Shown: positions 1 through 13,290 of the stretch, one piece after another
Layout: each line of letters starts with the position of its first letter
How positions within the stretch are numbered: position 1 is the first letter of the stretch
Assembly (NCBI RefSeq): GCF_009914755.1
Contig: NC_060946.1
Reading direction: 5' to 3' (one strand)
From: the human T2T-CHM13v2.0 reference genome, Homo sapiens
Length of the DNA: 64,000 bases
The notes under the pieces: model-generated
The model's input: the letters and a program-made list of their open reading frames with translations, nothing else
Databases searched by the model: none
Told to the model about the DNA's origin: nothing
Translations under genes and position numbers: made by a program

Positions 1-203
1 AAACATAAAGCCAACTTTACGTAATGCAGTACATGCACCACGCTTTGGTGGACACATTCACTCCTTGAAATAACACTGCCCTGATACGATGAACAACCAG
101 AACACTTAGATGTTTCATACCGTGGCTTTATATATTGTGTTACATGCCCCATAGGGGGGTGACCATAATCACTGTAATGACACAACCCTGATGTGACAAA
201 TGA

Positions 204-510
<307 letters not shown>

Positions 511-511
511 C

Positions 512-819
512 TTTTTTTTTTTTTTCCTTTTTTAAAGAAAGAGTCTCCCTCTGTCTGCCAGGCTGGAGTGTAGTGATGCCATCATAGCTCACCGTAACCT
601 CAAACTCCTGGGTCAAACAATTCCCCCTACCTCAGCCTCCCAAGTAGATGGAACTACAGATGTGCACCACCACGCCTGGCTAATTTTTTTTTTTTTTTTT
701 TAGAGGCAAAGTCTAGTTCTGTTGCACAGGCTAATCTCAAACTCCTGGCTTCAAGCAATCCTCCTGTCCTGGTCTCTCCAAGTGCTAGGATTAAGAGGCA
801 TGAGCCACCATGCCCAGCC
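512..819 (-). mobile_element. AluJ-like SINE
   Basis: Diverged dimeric Alu on - strand with J-type atcatagctcac and aactcctgg. Confidence 0.85.
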
Positions 820-959
820 TCCAATATTTTGTTTTTAAAACCATGTGTAAGTTGGGTTATTTAACTTCCAATTCCTGAAAAAAGACCGATAAGTAACAAC
901 ATTTTTTCCAAAGGCTCCCCTCTGTAAACAGGCCTGAAACCCATCTGTGCTCTATTTCA

Positions 960-1284
<325 letters not shown>

Positions 1285-1389
1285 TCTATGCTCCATTTCA
1301 GAAGGAATAAACCTCTTTAAAGCAAAAGGGCTATGTGTAACCAAGAAAACTCTCATATCTGGAATGTAGAAAAATTCTGTATAAACCAA

Positions 1390-2730
1390 TACGGAAAAAA
1401 ACAGACACCAAAGGAAAAACGGGCAGAAGATTTGATCAGGCATATCACAAAAGAGGACACTCAAATCACCAAGGCATGTGAACAGGTGTTTAACATATTA
1501 GTCACAGGAAGTCCATCAAAACCATAATGAGATCCTATCACCCATCAGAATAACTAAAATTAAAGACTGACAATGCCACAAGTAGGCAACGATAGGGAAC
1601 AACTGGAACTCTCAGACAATGCGCGTGGTGAACTCGTACAACCACTATGGAAAATTGTTCAGCAGTGGTTCTTGAAGCTACATACACATCTACCCTAAAA
1701 CTCAGCAATTCCATTCTTGGGGATACATCCAACAGAGATGAATGTCTTATGTTAGCCAAAAGACAAGTAAAAGAATGCTCATTGCAGCTTTATTCATAAT
1801 ACTCAAAAATTGGAAACATTCAAATGACCAACAGCAGCAAAATGATAAGCTGCAGTTACAGTCACACAATGGAATACCACACAGCAGGAAAGAGGAATGA
1901 ACTACTGCAACATCCAGCCACACCGATGAAACTCACAGATTAGTGCTGGGCAAGAGAGGGCAGACACAGGACAGAAAATACTGCACGACTCCATGTACAC
2001 AAAGACAAGAACAAAGTTTATGTCTATGGTGCAGAAGTCGGCTCAGACAGTGGCTACCTGGGCAGGGCTGGGACTTGGGACCCTGATCTGGACAGTGGTG
2101 CTGTGTCAACTTGGTTAAGCTGGGAACTGTCTCCCAGGGCCCCCAGTTAGAGTCTGAGTTAGAATTGGCCACGCCAGGAAGTTCCGTAAAGCTTGGAAGG
2201 TGAACTGAAGCAGTGGCCATGAGGTGAAGGGCAGAGACACGGGCACCTGGAGGTTCCAGCCTGCCCCACTCTCCACACTGCGGCCAGCTCCTCTTCCTCA
2301 CGCTGGCCCTGCTGGCCAATCACAGGCCCCAGGCCTGCCACCGGTCACTGGGCCGGGGACCCAACTGGACAGCAGCTTCCCAGAGGCAGCGCCTCCCAAC
2401 GCCCCCTCCTCCGGTGGCTCCACCTCCGCAACAGACCGGGTTCCGGGCATCCCTGTGAGCTCGGGCCTGTCCAACCACACCAGTGCTTCAGGCGACCAGT
2501 GAGTGACCCCTCTCTGACATCCCCACCATCTGGACCCCCACACCCCCTGGTCCCCCAACTTGTGGAGAGTCTAATTCTTGCAATAAGTCCCTTATCCCTA
2601 ACTCCCCTGACTAAACCCTGCTGGGCACACACAGATGTTCACATATATAAAAATTCAAGTTGCACACTCAAGCTTTGTGCACTTTATAAAATGTATGTTA
2701 TACCACCATTTGGAAAAAAACTAAAAACAA
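1390..2730 (+). mobile_element. Old L1M (L1ME/MD-like) ORF2 3' end and 3' UTR, interrupted by an LTR
   Basis: L1 3' motifs (cagcaattccattcttggggatac, gcagctttattcataat, caatggaatac); terminus tttgtgcactttat...gttatacc plus A-run at 2674-2730. Confidence 0.75.
2095..2629 (+). mobile_element. ERVL-class solo LTR (LTR41/LTR52-like) nested in the L1M
   Basis: Starts tgtgtcaacttggttaagctgggaact, contains ttggaaggtgaactgaagcagtggccat, ends caataagtcccttat...cctgactaaaccctg; GC-rich block that splits the L1M; subfamily from memory. Confidence 0.5.
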
Positions 2731-3289
2731 AAGCCCCACAAGGGTATCGCATAAGTGGTCTGAGAAAACAGTGATCTGAGGGACCCAGCAGCCTGTGAAT
2801 GGAATCTGCACCAGGCTTCACATACTAAGGAAGAACCACACACCACTGCTTGGCATCAGATCTGGCAGACAGCTGGGAGCCCAACGGGGTGTGGCTTCTG
2901 ACCAGGACCAGGGTTGTGTGCTATATAAATAGCCAACAGGACACATGCTCCCTCCCTGGCAAACTACCAGCAAGCTACCAACTCCGTGGAACCAGGTCCA
3001 GAGTGACTTGTCCCTTCTGAAGGGACAGACTGACAGAATTCAATGTGCACCCTGAATGCAAGCTGAGTCTGGCATCCCCAAATGGGCAGAAAGGGACATG
3101 TGGAGGAAGGGCAGGGATGAGTCACAGATCCAGCCTGTGGCATTTAGAACCTGCACCAGCAGTGTTCTCAGATACCCTTCTCAGATGTGCACGCAGCTTT
3201 GCATGAGAAGATACCAATGAGGTGTGCACCTGAGCATCCCCACAGCAGCTGTGTGTCAGGCAGAGACCCATGTGTCTTGCCACCTTTCA

Positions 3290-3516
3290 CTTCATTTGGC
3301 ACATTATTTATTGAGTGCACAGTATATGTCAAGATCCGTGCTTGCAATTAAACTTACAGTGGTGAATGGAAACACAGTGCCTGCCCTTGGGGAGCTTACC
3401 GTCTAGTGGAAAATACAGACAATAAACAAGTAAGCAAGGAAGCACATAATTACAACCTATGGGTGCTAGAAAGGATATGCACAGGTGATGGTGACTTAGA
3501 ATAGTAGGAGAGGCCC
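3290..3516 (-). mobile_element. L2 3' fragment; target of the L1PA insertion, resumes after 8242
   Basis: ttcatt...tttattgagtgc...cctgcccttggggagcttaccgtctagtgg matches the reverse L2 3' end. Confidence 0.65.
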
Positions 3517-6500
3517 AACATTCAAATTCAGAAAATACAGAGAACACCACAAAGATACTCCTTGAGAAGAGCAACCCCAAGACACATAATTGGCAGATTC
3601 ACCAAGGTTGAAATGAAGGAAAAAGTGTTAAGGGCAGCCAGAGAGAAAGGTCGAGTTACCCACAAAGGGAAGGCCATCAGACTAACGCGGATCTCTGGGC
3701 AGAAACCCTACAAGCCAGAAGAGAGTAGGGGCCAATATTCAACATTCTTAAAGAAAAGAATTTTCAACCCAGAATTTCATATCTAGCCAAACTAAGCTTC
3801 ATAAGTGAGGGAGAAATAAAATCCTTTACAGACGAGCAAATGCTGAGAGATTTTGTTACCACCAGGCCTGCCTTACAAGAGCTCCTGAAGGAAGCACTAA
3901 ACATGGAAAGAAATGATCAGTACCAACCAATGCAAAAACATGCCAAATTGTAAAGACTATCAATGCTATGAAGAAACTGCTTCAATTAATGGGCAAAATA
4001 ACCAGCGAACATCATAATGACAGGATCGAATTCACACATAACAATATTAACCTTAAATGTAAATGGGCTAAATGCTCCAATTAAAAGACACAGACTGGCA
4101 AATTGAATAGAGTCAAGACCCATCAGTGTGCTGTATTCAGGAGACTCATGTACAAAGATGCACATAGGCTGAAGATAAAGGGATGGAGGAAGATCTACCA
4201 AGCAAATGGAAAACAAAAAAAAGCAGAGGTTGCAATCCTAGTCTCTGATAAAACAGACTTTAAACCAACAAAGATCAAAAGAGACAAAGAAGGCCATTAC
4301 ATAATGGTAAAGGGATCAATTCAACAAGAAGAGTTAACTATCCTAAATATACATGCACCCAATACAGGAGCACCCAGATTCATAAAGCAAGTCCCTAGAG
4401 ACCTACAAAGAGACTTAGAATCCCACACAATAATAATGGGAGACTTTAACACCCCACTGTCAATATTAGACAGATCAACGAGACAGAAGGTTAACCAGGA
4501 TATCCAGGACCTGAACTCGGCTCTGCACCAAGCAGACCTAATAGACATCTACAGAACTCTCCACCCCAAATCAACAGAATATACATTCTTGTCAGCACCA
4601 CATCGCACTTATTCTAAAACTGACCACATAATTGGAAGTAAAGCACTCCTCAGCAAATGTAAAAGAACAGAAATCACAACAAACTGTCTCTCAGACAACA
4701 GTGCAATCAAATTATAACTCAGGATTAAGAAACTCACTCAAAACCACACAACTACATGGAAACTGAACAACCTGCTCTTGAATGACTACTGGCTACATAA
4801 CAAAATGAAAGCAGAAATAAAGATGTTCTTTGAAACCAATGAGAACAAAGACACAAGGTACCAGAATCTCTGGGACACATTTAAAGCAGAGTGTAGAGGG
4901 AAATTTATAGCACTAAATGCCCACAAGAGAAAGCAGGAAAGATCTAAAATCGACACCCTAACATCACAATTAAAAGAACTAGAGAAGCAAGAGCAAACAC
5001 ATTCAAAAGCTAGCAGAAGGCAAGAAATAACTAAGATCAGGGCAGAACTGAAAGAGATTACAGACACAAAGAAACCCTTCAAAAAAATCAATGAATCCAA
5101 GAACTGGTTTTTTGAAACGATCAACAAAATTGATAGACCACTAGCAAGATTAATAAAGAAGAAAAGAGAGAAGAATCAAACAGACACAATAAAAAATGAT
5201 AAAGGGAATATCACCACCGATCCCACGGAAATACAAACTATCATCAGAGAATACTATAAACACTTCTATGCATAAACTAGAAAATCTAGAAGAAATGGAT
5301 AAATTCCTGGACACATACACTCTCTCAAGACTAAACCAGGAAGAAGTTGAATCTCTGAATAGACCAATAACAGTCTCTGAAATTCAGGCAGTAATTAACA
5401 GCCTAGCAACCAAAAAAAGTCCAGGACCAGATGGATTCACAGCCGAATTCTACCAGAGGTACAAAGAGGAACTGGTACCACTCCTTCTGAAACTATTCCA
5501 ATCAACAGAAAAAGAGGGAATCCTCCCTAACTCATCCTGATACCAAAGCCTGGCAGAGACACAACAACAACAAAAAAGAATTTTAGACCAATATCCCTGA
5601 TGAACATCAATGCGAAAATCCTCAATAAAATACTGGCAAACCAAATCCAGCAGCACATCAAAAAGTTTATCCACCATGATCAAGTCAGCTTCATTCCTAG
5701 GATGCAAGGCTGGTTCAACATATGCAAATCAATAAACGTAATCCATCACATAAACAGAACCAAAGACAAAAACCACAGGATTATCTCAATAGGTGCAGAA
5801 AAATCCTTTGACAAAATGCAACAGCCCTTCATGCTAAAAACTCTCAATAAACTAGGTATTGATGGAACTTATCTGAAAATAATAAGAGTTATTTATGACA
5901 AACCCACAGCCAATATCATACTGAATGGGCAAAAACTGGAAGCATTCCCTTTGAAAACCAGCACAAGACAAGGATGCCCTCTCTCACCACTCCTATTCAA
6001 CACAGTGTTGGAAGTTCTGGACAGGGCAATCAGGCAAGAGAAAGAAATAAAGGGTATTCAATTAGGAAAAGAGGAAGTCAAATTGTCCCCGTTTGCAGAT
6101 GACATGATTGTATATTTAGAAAACCCCACTGTTTCAGCCCCAAATCTCCTTAAGCTGATAAGCAACTTCAGCAAAGTCTCAGGATACAAAATCAATGTGC
6201 AAAAATCACAAGCATTCTTATACACCAATAATAGACAAACCGAGAGCCAAATCATGAGTGAATTCCCATTCACAATTGCTACAAAGAGATTAAAATACCT
6301 AGGAATCCAACTTACAAGGGATGTGAAGGACCTCTTCAAGGAGAACTACAAACCACTGCTCAATGAAATAAAAGAGGACACAAACAAATGGAAGAATATT
6401 CCATGCTCATGGATAGGAAGAATCAATATCATGAAAATTAATGCCATCCCCATCAAGCTACGAATGACTTTCTTCACAGAATTGGAAAAAACTACTTTAA

Positions 6501-8006
6501 AGTTCATATGGAACCAAAAAAGAGCCCGCATTGCCAAGACAATCCTAAGCAAAAAAAACAAAGCTGGAGGGATCACGCTATCTGACTTCAAACTATACTA
6601 CAAGGCTACAGTAACCAAAACAACATGATACTGGTACCAAAACAGAGATATAGACCAATGGAACAGAAAAGAGGCCTCAGAAATAATGCCACACATCTAC
6701 AACCATCTGATCTTTGACAAACCTGACAAAAACAAGAAATGGGGAAAGGATTCCCTATTTAATAAATGGTGCTGGGAAAACTGGCTAGCCATATGCAGAA
6801 AGCTGAAACTAGATCTCTTCCTTACACCTTATACAAAAATTAATTCAAGATGGATTACAGACTTAAATGTTAGACCTAAAATCATAAAAATCCTAGAAGA
6901 AAACCTAGGCAATATCATTCAGGACATAGGCATGGGCAAGGACTTAATGAGTAAAACACCAAAAGCAATGGCAACAAAAGCCAAAATAGACAAATGGAAT
7001 CTAATTAAACTAAAGAGCTTCTGCACAGGAAAAGAAACTACCATCAGAGTGAACAGGCAACCTACAGAATGGGAGAAAATTTTTGCAATCTACCCATCTG
7101 ACAAAGGGCTAATATCCAGAATTTACAAAGAACTCAAACAAATTTACAAGAAAAAAATAACCTCATCAAAAAGTGGGCAAAGAATATGAACAGACACTTC
7201 TCAAAAGAAAACATCTATGCAGCCAACAGACACATGAAAAAATGCTCATCGTCACTGGTCATCAGAGAAATGCAAATCAAAACCACAATAAGATACCATC
7301 TCATGCCAGTTAGAATGGCAATCATTAAAAAGTCAGGAAACAATAGATGCTGGAGAGGATGTGGAGAAATAGGAACGCTTTTACACTGTTGGTGGGAGTG
7401 TAAATTGATTCAACCATTGTGGAAGACAGTGTGGCAATTCCTCAAGGATCTAGAGCTAGAATTACCATTTGACCCAGCAATCCCATTACTGGGTATATAC
7501 CCAAAAGATTATAAATCATGCTACTATAAAGACACATGCACACGTATGTTTATTGCGGCACTATTCACAATAGCAAAGACTTGGAACCAACCCAAATGTC
7601 CATCAATTATAGACTGGATTAAGAAAATGTGGCACACATACACCACGGAATACTACGCAGCCATAAAAAGGATGAATTCATGTCCTTTGCAGGGACATGG
7701 ATGAAGCTGGAAACCATCATTCTCAGCAAACTATCACAAGTACAGAAAACCAAACACTGCACGTTCTCACTCATAGGTGGGAACTGAACAATGAGACCAC
7801 TTGGACACAGGGCGGGGAACACCACACACCAGGGCCTGTCGTGGGGTAGGGGACTAGGGGAGGGATAGCATTAGGAGAAACACCTAATGTAAATGATGAG
7901 TTGATGGGTGCAGCAAACCAACATGGCACGTGTATACCTACGTATCAAACCTGCATGTTGTGCACATGTACCCTAGAACTTAAAGTATAATTAAAAAAAA
8001 AAAAAA
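3517..8006 (+). mobile_element. 5'-truncated primate LINE-1 (L1PA5/PA6-like)
   Basis: ORF1 3' part (RRATPRHIIGRFTKVEMKEK), ORF2 endonuclease and RT fragments ([24 protein letters not shown]), L1PA 3' UTR, poly-A 7993-8006. Confidence 0.97.
4017..7787 (+). pseudogene. Disrupted L1 ORF2 (endonuclease/reverse transcriptase)
   Basis: ATG at 4017 (atgacaggatcgaattcacac). Broken into ORFs 4103-4717, 4778-5275, 5196-5540, 5600-6628, 6686-7189 and 7186-7704 by stops, frameshifts and apparent small deletions near 5535 and 6438. Confidence 0.93.
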
Positions 8007-8225
8007 GAAACTTTCTGAGATAACAGAAAGAGTTTATATCTTGATTATGGAGATTATGTGAATATATATTCATCTGTCAATGCCCACCTAAAGGCTTAAA
8101 AATATCTGTGGATTATTTTGCATGAAAATTATACCTCAATTAAAAAATTCTCTAGAATTGAAAGTCATTATTGTAAAAAGAAATTACCATTAAACCAATA
8201 AATTAACAAAAACAAACAAACAAAA
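8007..8225 (+). other. L1 3'-transduced segment containing an old L1M 3' UTR fragment, with a second A-rich tail
   Basis: Lies between the L1 poly-A and the 3' TSD copy (8226-8242); ATTAAA 8189-8194 and AATAAA 8197-8202, then an (AAAC)n tail. Confidence 0.85.
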
Positions 8226-8782
8226 AATAGTAGGAGAGGCCCTAAGTCAGAGAAGCTTTTCTGAGTAACTTAAAGCAGAGGTGTGCAGGACAAGAGGGAA
8301 CAGCACGTGCTTGGTCTTGACTCCTTTGGTAGGTCTCCTCTCTGATGCCACCTTCCTCTGCAAGAGCACAGTGATGACTACGCACGTGTCCCCAACCCCA
8401 CTACGTATGTAGGTAGCACTTCATGCTTCTCCAAGTACTTCCATGCAGATTATCCCACTTACAACTCGTAGTTCCATGAGTCTGGAAGGCTGATGCTGAT
8501 GTCTCTTCTTGACAGATACAGAAACAGAAGTCAAGAGAGATGAAATAACATCCTGAGTCGCACAGCAAGCTACCAATGGCACTTGCTTAAATGGTAAATT
8601 ACCTGCTTTATCTCTTTTGGCTTCTTTCCATCATTACTACTTTTAAGTATGCCAAAGAAATACTCCCTAACTGTTCTACCACAGGTCCTTCTGAGGACCC
8701 ATCAATTCTCCAAGGATGTTATTTTAAATTGGACAAGGCCAAAGTCTAGCTTTCCCCCCGATCTACTTCAGTCCCATACTTA

Positions 8783-9108
<326 letters not shown>

Positions 9109-9469
9109 ATGGATTGCTATCAAAAACAGATTGCTAACTTCACCATACCTCAAACTAACCTCTATCATGACACCTGGAAAGTTTAATTATTCTCTCATAA
9201 CCAGTTTACGTGATTGTCTCCCCAGATTCATGAGTTCCTGGGAGTGAGGACCATGTCTCATCTTTTCAGCATTAAAGCAGTCAAGATATGAATGAAGCCA
9301 ACAAATTACTTGCAAGAGTGCACATATTCTCTTCACCTTCTGGCAAACAGTTATATTTCAAGGTCAGATGTCAAGCTCAGTACAAGACTTTACAAACATC
9401 CCTTTCTTGCAAGGAGGAGGCATGAGAGGTCTGTCGGCCGTGTCTTGCTGATTATAGTATCTATCTTTA

Positions 9470-9690
9470 TTTATTAAATTTTTTTAAAGTGTCAAGCATG
9501 GTACTGGGCACTTCACAGAAATATTTTCACTTCATCTTCACAACAATCCAGTAAGAACTCATGATTCTCACTGCACAGATGAGAAAACTCAGGATAACAG
9601 GGTAATTAAGTTGGCCAGCTAATAAGCAGAGGATGACAACATTCAAACTCAAGAGCGCCTCACTTTAAAGCCGTAATTATTCCACTTCCC
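9470..9690 (-). mobile_element. MIR fragment
   Basis: cttcacaacaatcc...cagatgagaaaactcagg...attcaaactc MIR core in reverse. Confidence 0.6.
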
Positions 9691-10355
9691 CACAAAGAAC
9701 TCACAGGTGTCAAGAATGAAATACAAACTAATACCTCCATAGGGGGACCAGAGCAACCAACCGGGAGGGAAGTAGGTTTGAATTCAGATCACTCAATAGC
9801 TGGACATACGGCCAAGCTCAGCAGGGTTCAGCCATGAACACAGCTCCACAGGTAATACAGATTTGGTAGGGGTGGGCTGCCTTTTCCCTACGCTGCTGTG
9901 TTACCAATGCTCCTCCTTACGAACGGAGGAGGCTGTATTAGGCCGCTGGGATTCTGTGCATTCCTGAGCTTAAACTTGGCAGACCACTGTGCTGCACTTT
10001 GATACCAAGCACAATTCTGGACAACAGATTTGGGTGTTGAAATGAATGAGGAGTGCCTTGGTCTAAGCTGATGCTTTGATACCCAGAGTCTTAAAGGACT
10101 AAACGGAAGCGTGGCAGAGGGTGAGGCCACTGCTCACTTGTGAAAGTCAGCCCACCCTCCTCCACACCAGTGCTCCTGGCTCAAGCTGACATCTCAAGGT
10201 CATTCAGCACGTGCAGCAAAAACCATCTGGGTAACACGTGGTGAAGGTGAAGCACACATCTACACAGGCATTACAGCTCATGATCTGCGTGAGTCTCAGG
10301 CTCTTGCTCCCACCCCTGGCTACCATGTACAGTATACAAACTCCCAGTAAAGGGG

Positions 10356-10752
10356 TGTTGTGGTTGGAATGTTTGTTCCTTTTGAAATTCATGTAGAAAT
10401 TTCATCTCCAATGTGGCAGTATGGAGAGGTGGAGCCTTCAGGAAGTCATTGGGATTAATGACTAATCCATTAATGGATTAATGAGTTAGTGGATTAATGG
10501 GTTATCATGGGAGTGGGACTGGTGTCTTCAGAAGAGGAGAAAGTGACTTGAGTTGGCACATTCAGCTCCCTTGCCACGTGATCAGCCCTGCACGGCCTGC
10601 AGAGTCCCCACCAGCAAAAAGGCCCTCCCCTGACACCGCCCCTCAACCTTGGACTTCCCAGCCTCCATAACTGTTAAGAACAAATTTCACTTCTTTATAA
10701 ATCACTCAGTTTCAGGCATTCTGTTACAAGCAACAGAAAACAGACCAAGACA
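10356..10752 (+). mobile_element. MaLR solo LTR (MSTC/MSTD-like)
   Basis: tg...ca ends; ggattaatgggttatcatgggagtgggactggtg; ggacttcccagcctcc; ttctgttacaagcaacagaaaacagaccaagaca terminus. Confidence 0.85.
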
Positions 10753-11674
10753 AAGTGGGTCAGGGAACAGGGCCTGAGATTCAGCCGGCACCCAACTCAG
10801 CAAGTCACACACCAGCTGAGGACCAGTGCCACAAAGAAGAAGGGCTGCACCTCCTGCCCTCTCACAAAGGTGCTGCAGGGGCAAGTAGCAGCCACGTATC
10901 CCTGCCATCCCCCTAGGAGGCCAAACTCCAGAGGCAGGGCGGGAAGCCTGGGAGACTGGGCTGAATTCTGGATAGTGAATTTGGCCACATGAAGGGCTCT
11001 GACTCAACCCTCTATACCTTATGAAGAACAGACCTGCCTCTCTCTGCAATTCTGTTAAGATGGCATCAATGATTTCCAAAGGAGCTAGACAAACACTTTT
11101 TTCCACATGTAGAAATGAAAAGCCCTCCCTAGCTGGAGAGTGACTGGGAAACCAGGCTCCTATCTTCCTATCTTTACATTAAATTAGAGCAACTGCCCTC
11201 CTCTACAGCAAATAGTCTCAGTCACTTCTGCCTACCTAACGCCAAAAAGAGCTACTCTACGCAAGACACCATGGAAACTTGGATAACCAATTTAAAAGAC
11301 ATCGGGACCAGCAACACTACTGCACACTAATGACCTGAGCCCTTTTCCGCAGGCACAGAAGTATGTACATACTGTATTTACTGAAGATACTAATAATCCC
11401 CTAGAGTCAAAGCACCACAGCCGGCAGTCCTGTACCACTCCTAGGCCAGCCAGAACATGCCTTCAGATCACCAGAGAAGGCCCCTGGACTTCATCCCTCT
11501 GAAGTTAAGGACAAAAGCTGAGGCAAGGAAATGCCACCATCTGATTATTTTCAATGTATCAATCAATTGTCATTTTACTATCTGCCCTTTCAGGGCCAGT
11601 TGGATACAACTTCCAAAATAAGACTTCTTATGGTGAAAAGTATTTGTGAGTCAGCCTATAAAGAGAACTGATCC

Positions 11675-11862
11675 TGCCAGGTGCGGTGGCATGCACCTGT
11701 AGCCCCAGCTACTCAGGGGGCTGAGGTGGGAGGATTGCTTGAGCCCAGGGGATCAATGCTGCAGTGAGCTATGATCGCACCATTGCACTCCAGCCTGGGT
11801 GACATAGTGTGACTCTGTCTGAAGAAGGAAGGAAGGAGGAGGAGGAAGAAGGAAAAAGAAGG
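11675..11862 (+). mobile_element. Alu right monomer (FRAM/AluJ) with a GGAA-rich tail
   Basis: Single monomer gccaggtgcggtggc...gactctgtct followed by (GGAA/GGA)n. Confidence 0.8.
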
Positions 11863-12379
11863 AATAAGAAAACTGATTCTGATGAAGGCTGTTAAACCCA
11901 TACATCACAACTTTATCAAACCAAACCCAAAGATGAAAGGGAACAGTGAAGGACTAGTTCCATGAAATAGTCTAGTGGCAGAATACAGGGAAGAATATGA
12001 CAACTTTGACAGTAAAAGAATAAAAAATAAGCTCATTACAAGGAAAGAGGCAAAGGTAGGGTAAATCCAAGAATATATCATAAAAACAAAAGCAATGGCA
12101 GCCAGAGAGAGGATCAGAAAGGGAAACCAGGCAGAAGAGGCAGTCAAAATCAGGCAGAGAATACTCAAGCAGTTAAAGAACCTTTTCCAGATCTGTGGAC
12201 TAATTTCTCAAAGGAAAGGCTATAAGCCCTACCTCACAGGACAGGCCAGCATCAAATAGCTCAAGAGGTATTTAATCAGGGTAGGATGATTTACACAAAA
12301 CAAGCCAAATGCCATGTAAACTCCTGTGATATCAGAGCCCTGGGTAGAATTATAAGCCCATCCACTCCTCCCCAACCTA

Positions 12380-12481
12380 CCCACTAAAGAAAGCACCAGA
12401 CACCCAGTTATGCCTAGGCCACGGGATGAACCCACTAAAGAAAGCATGAGATGCTCAGTTATGCCTAGGCCACGGGATGAA
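12380..12481. repeat. 51-bp tandem duplication (2 copies, 46/51 identical)
   Basis: cccactaaagaaagca...agttatgcctaggccacgggatgaa at 12380-12430 and 12431-12481. Confidence 0.95.
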
Positions 12482-13149
12482 TGGGCCAAGCAGAGTACTG
12501 CTTCCACTCCGTCTCAAACACAGCAGGTGCTTCATCCACACCAGCTGGACCCCACCGTTCACCTGCTCTCTTCGTCTCATAACAAGTCTTCACTCAGAAC
12601 TGCTCCACATCATTTTTCTCAGCCTGCATTTGCCCTAAGAGACTCAAAAGACCCCTGCCCAAAGAGATTCCATCATTAGAGAAGTGAACTATGTCAACAC
12701 CGGCACCGATGTCAGCCAAGTTGAAAACTAGTCATTATGGGGTGGAGATGATGGCTGTCAATCAGTGGATAATGATGATGGCAGGTGTGATCTTGAGCAC
12801 ATCCCCATTCTCAGCTTCTCTGGAAGAAAAGTGTCTGGGGCTTGGAGAGAGGCCAATGGATTATGAGGACTTGCAGGAGACCCTGCCACTGGGTTCTTCC
12901 CAGGAGACAAGGGGTCCCCTGCAAAGACGGAAGTCAAAAGACGGAAAGCAGAAACAGGTTGAGCTTCAAATGCTACACCAGAGCAACAGCTGTCATTGTT
13001 CATAAAATTCAGGCAGTTCTCAATTTGAGAAGTAACTGCCACATGCTTTCCATATGCCACTCTTGGGATACAGGAACTGAGAAGCGAAGAAGAAAAATGT
13101 ATTTTTACTATACTGTGAGGTTAGCTGTTTGGTTGACCTTCACAGGGTA

Positions 13150-13290
13150 TACATAAAGCTCATTAGAATCACTGACGAACTTTAAAACTACACCAATGTT
13201 CAGGCCCCATCCAGACCCATCCAATCAGAATCTGTGATGGCCTGGGGCAGGCGTGGTCAATCGCTCCCTCCCACCCCCATTCTAAAGTGC
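13150..13290. mobile_element. MER5-like hAT-Charlie fragment
   Basis: cattagaatcac...caggccccatccagacc...aatcagaatct. Confidence 0.55.

Noticed and set aside
3562-7704. Long ORFs encoding endonuclease/RT-like protein
   Set aside because: Fragments of a 5'-truncated, frameshifted L1; not a host gene or an active element.
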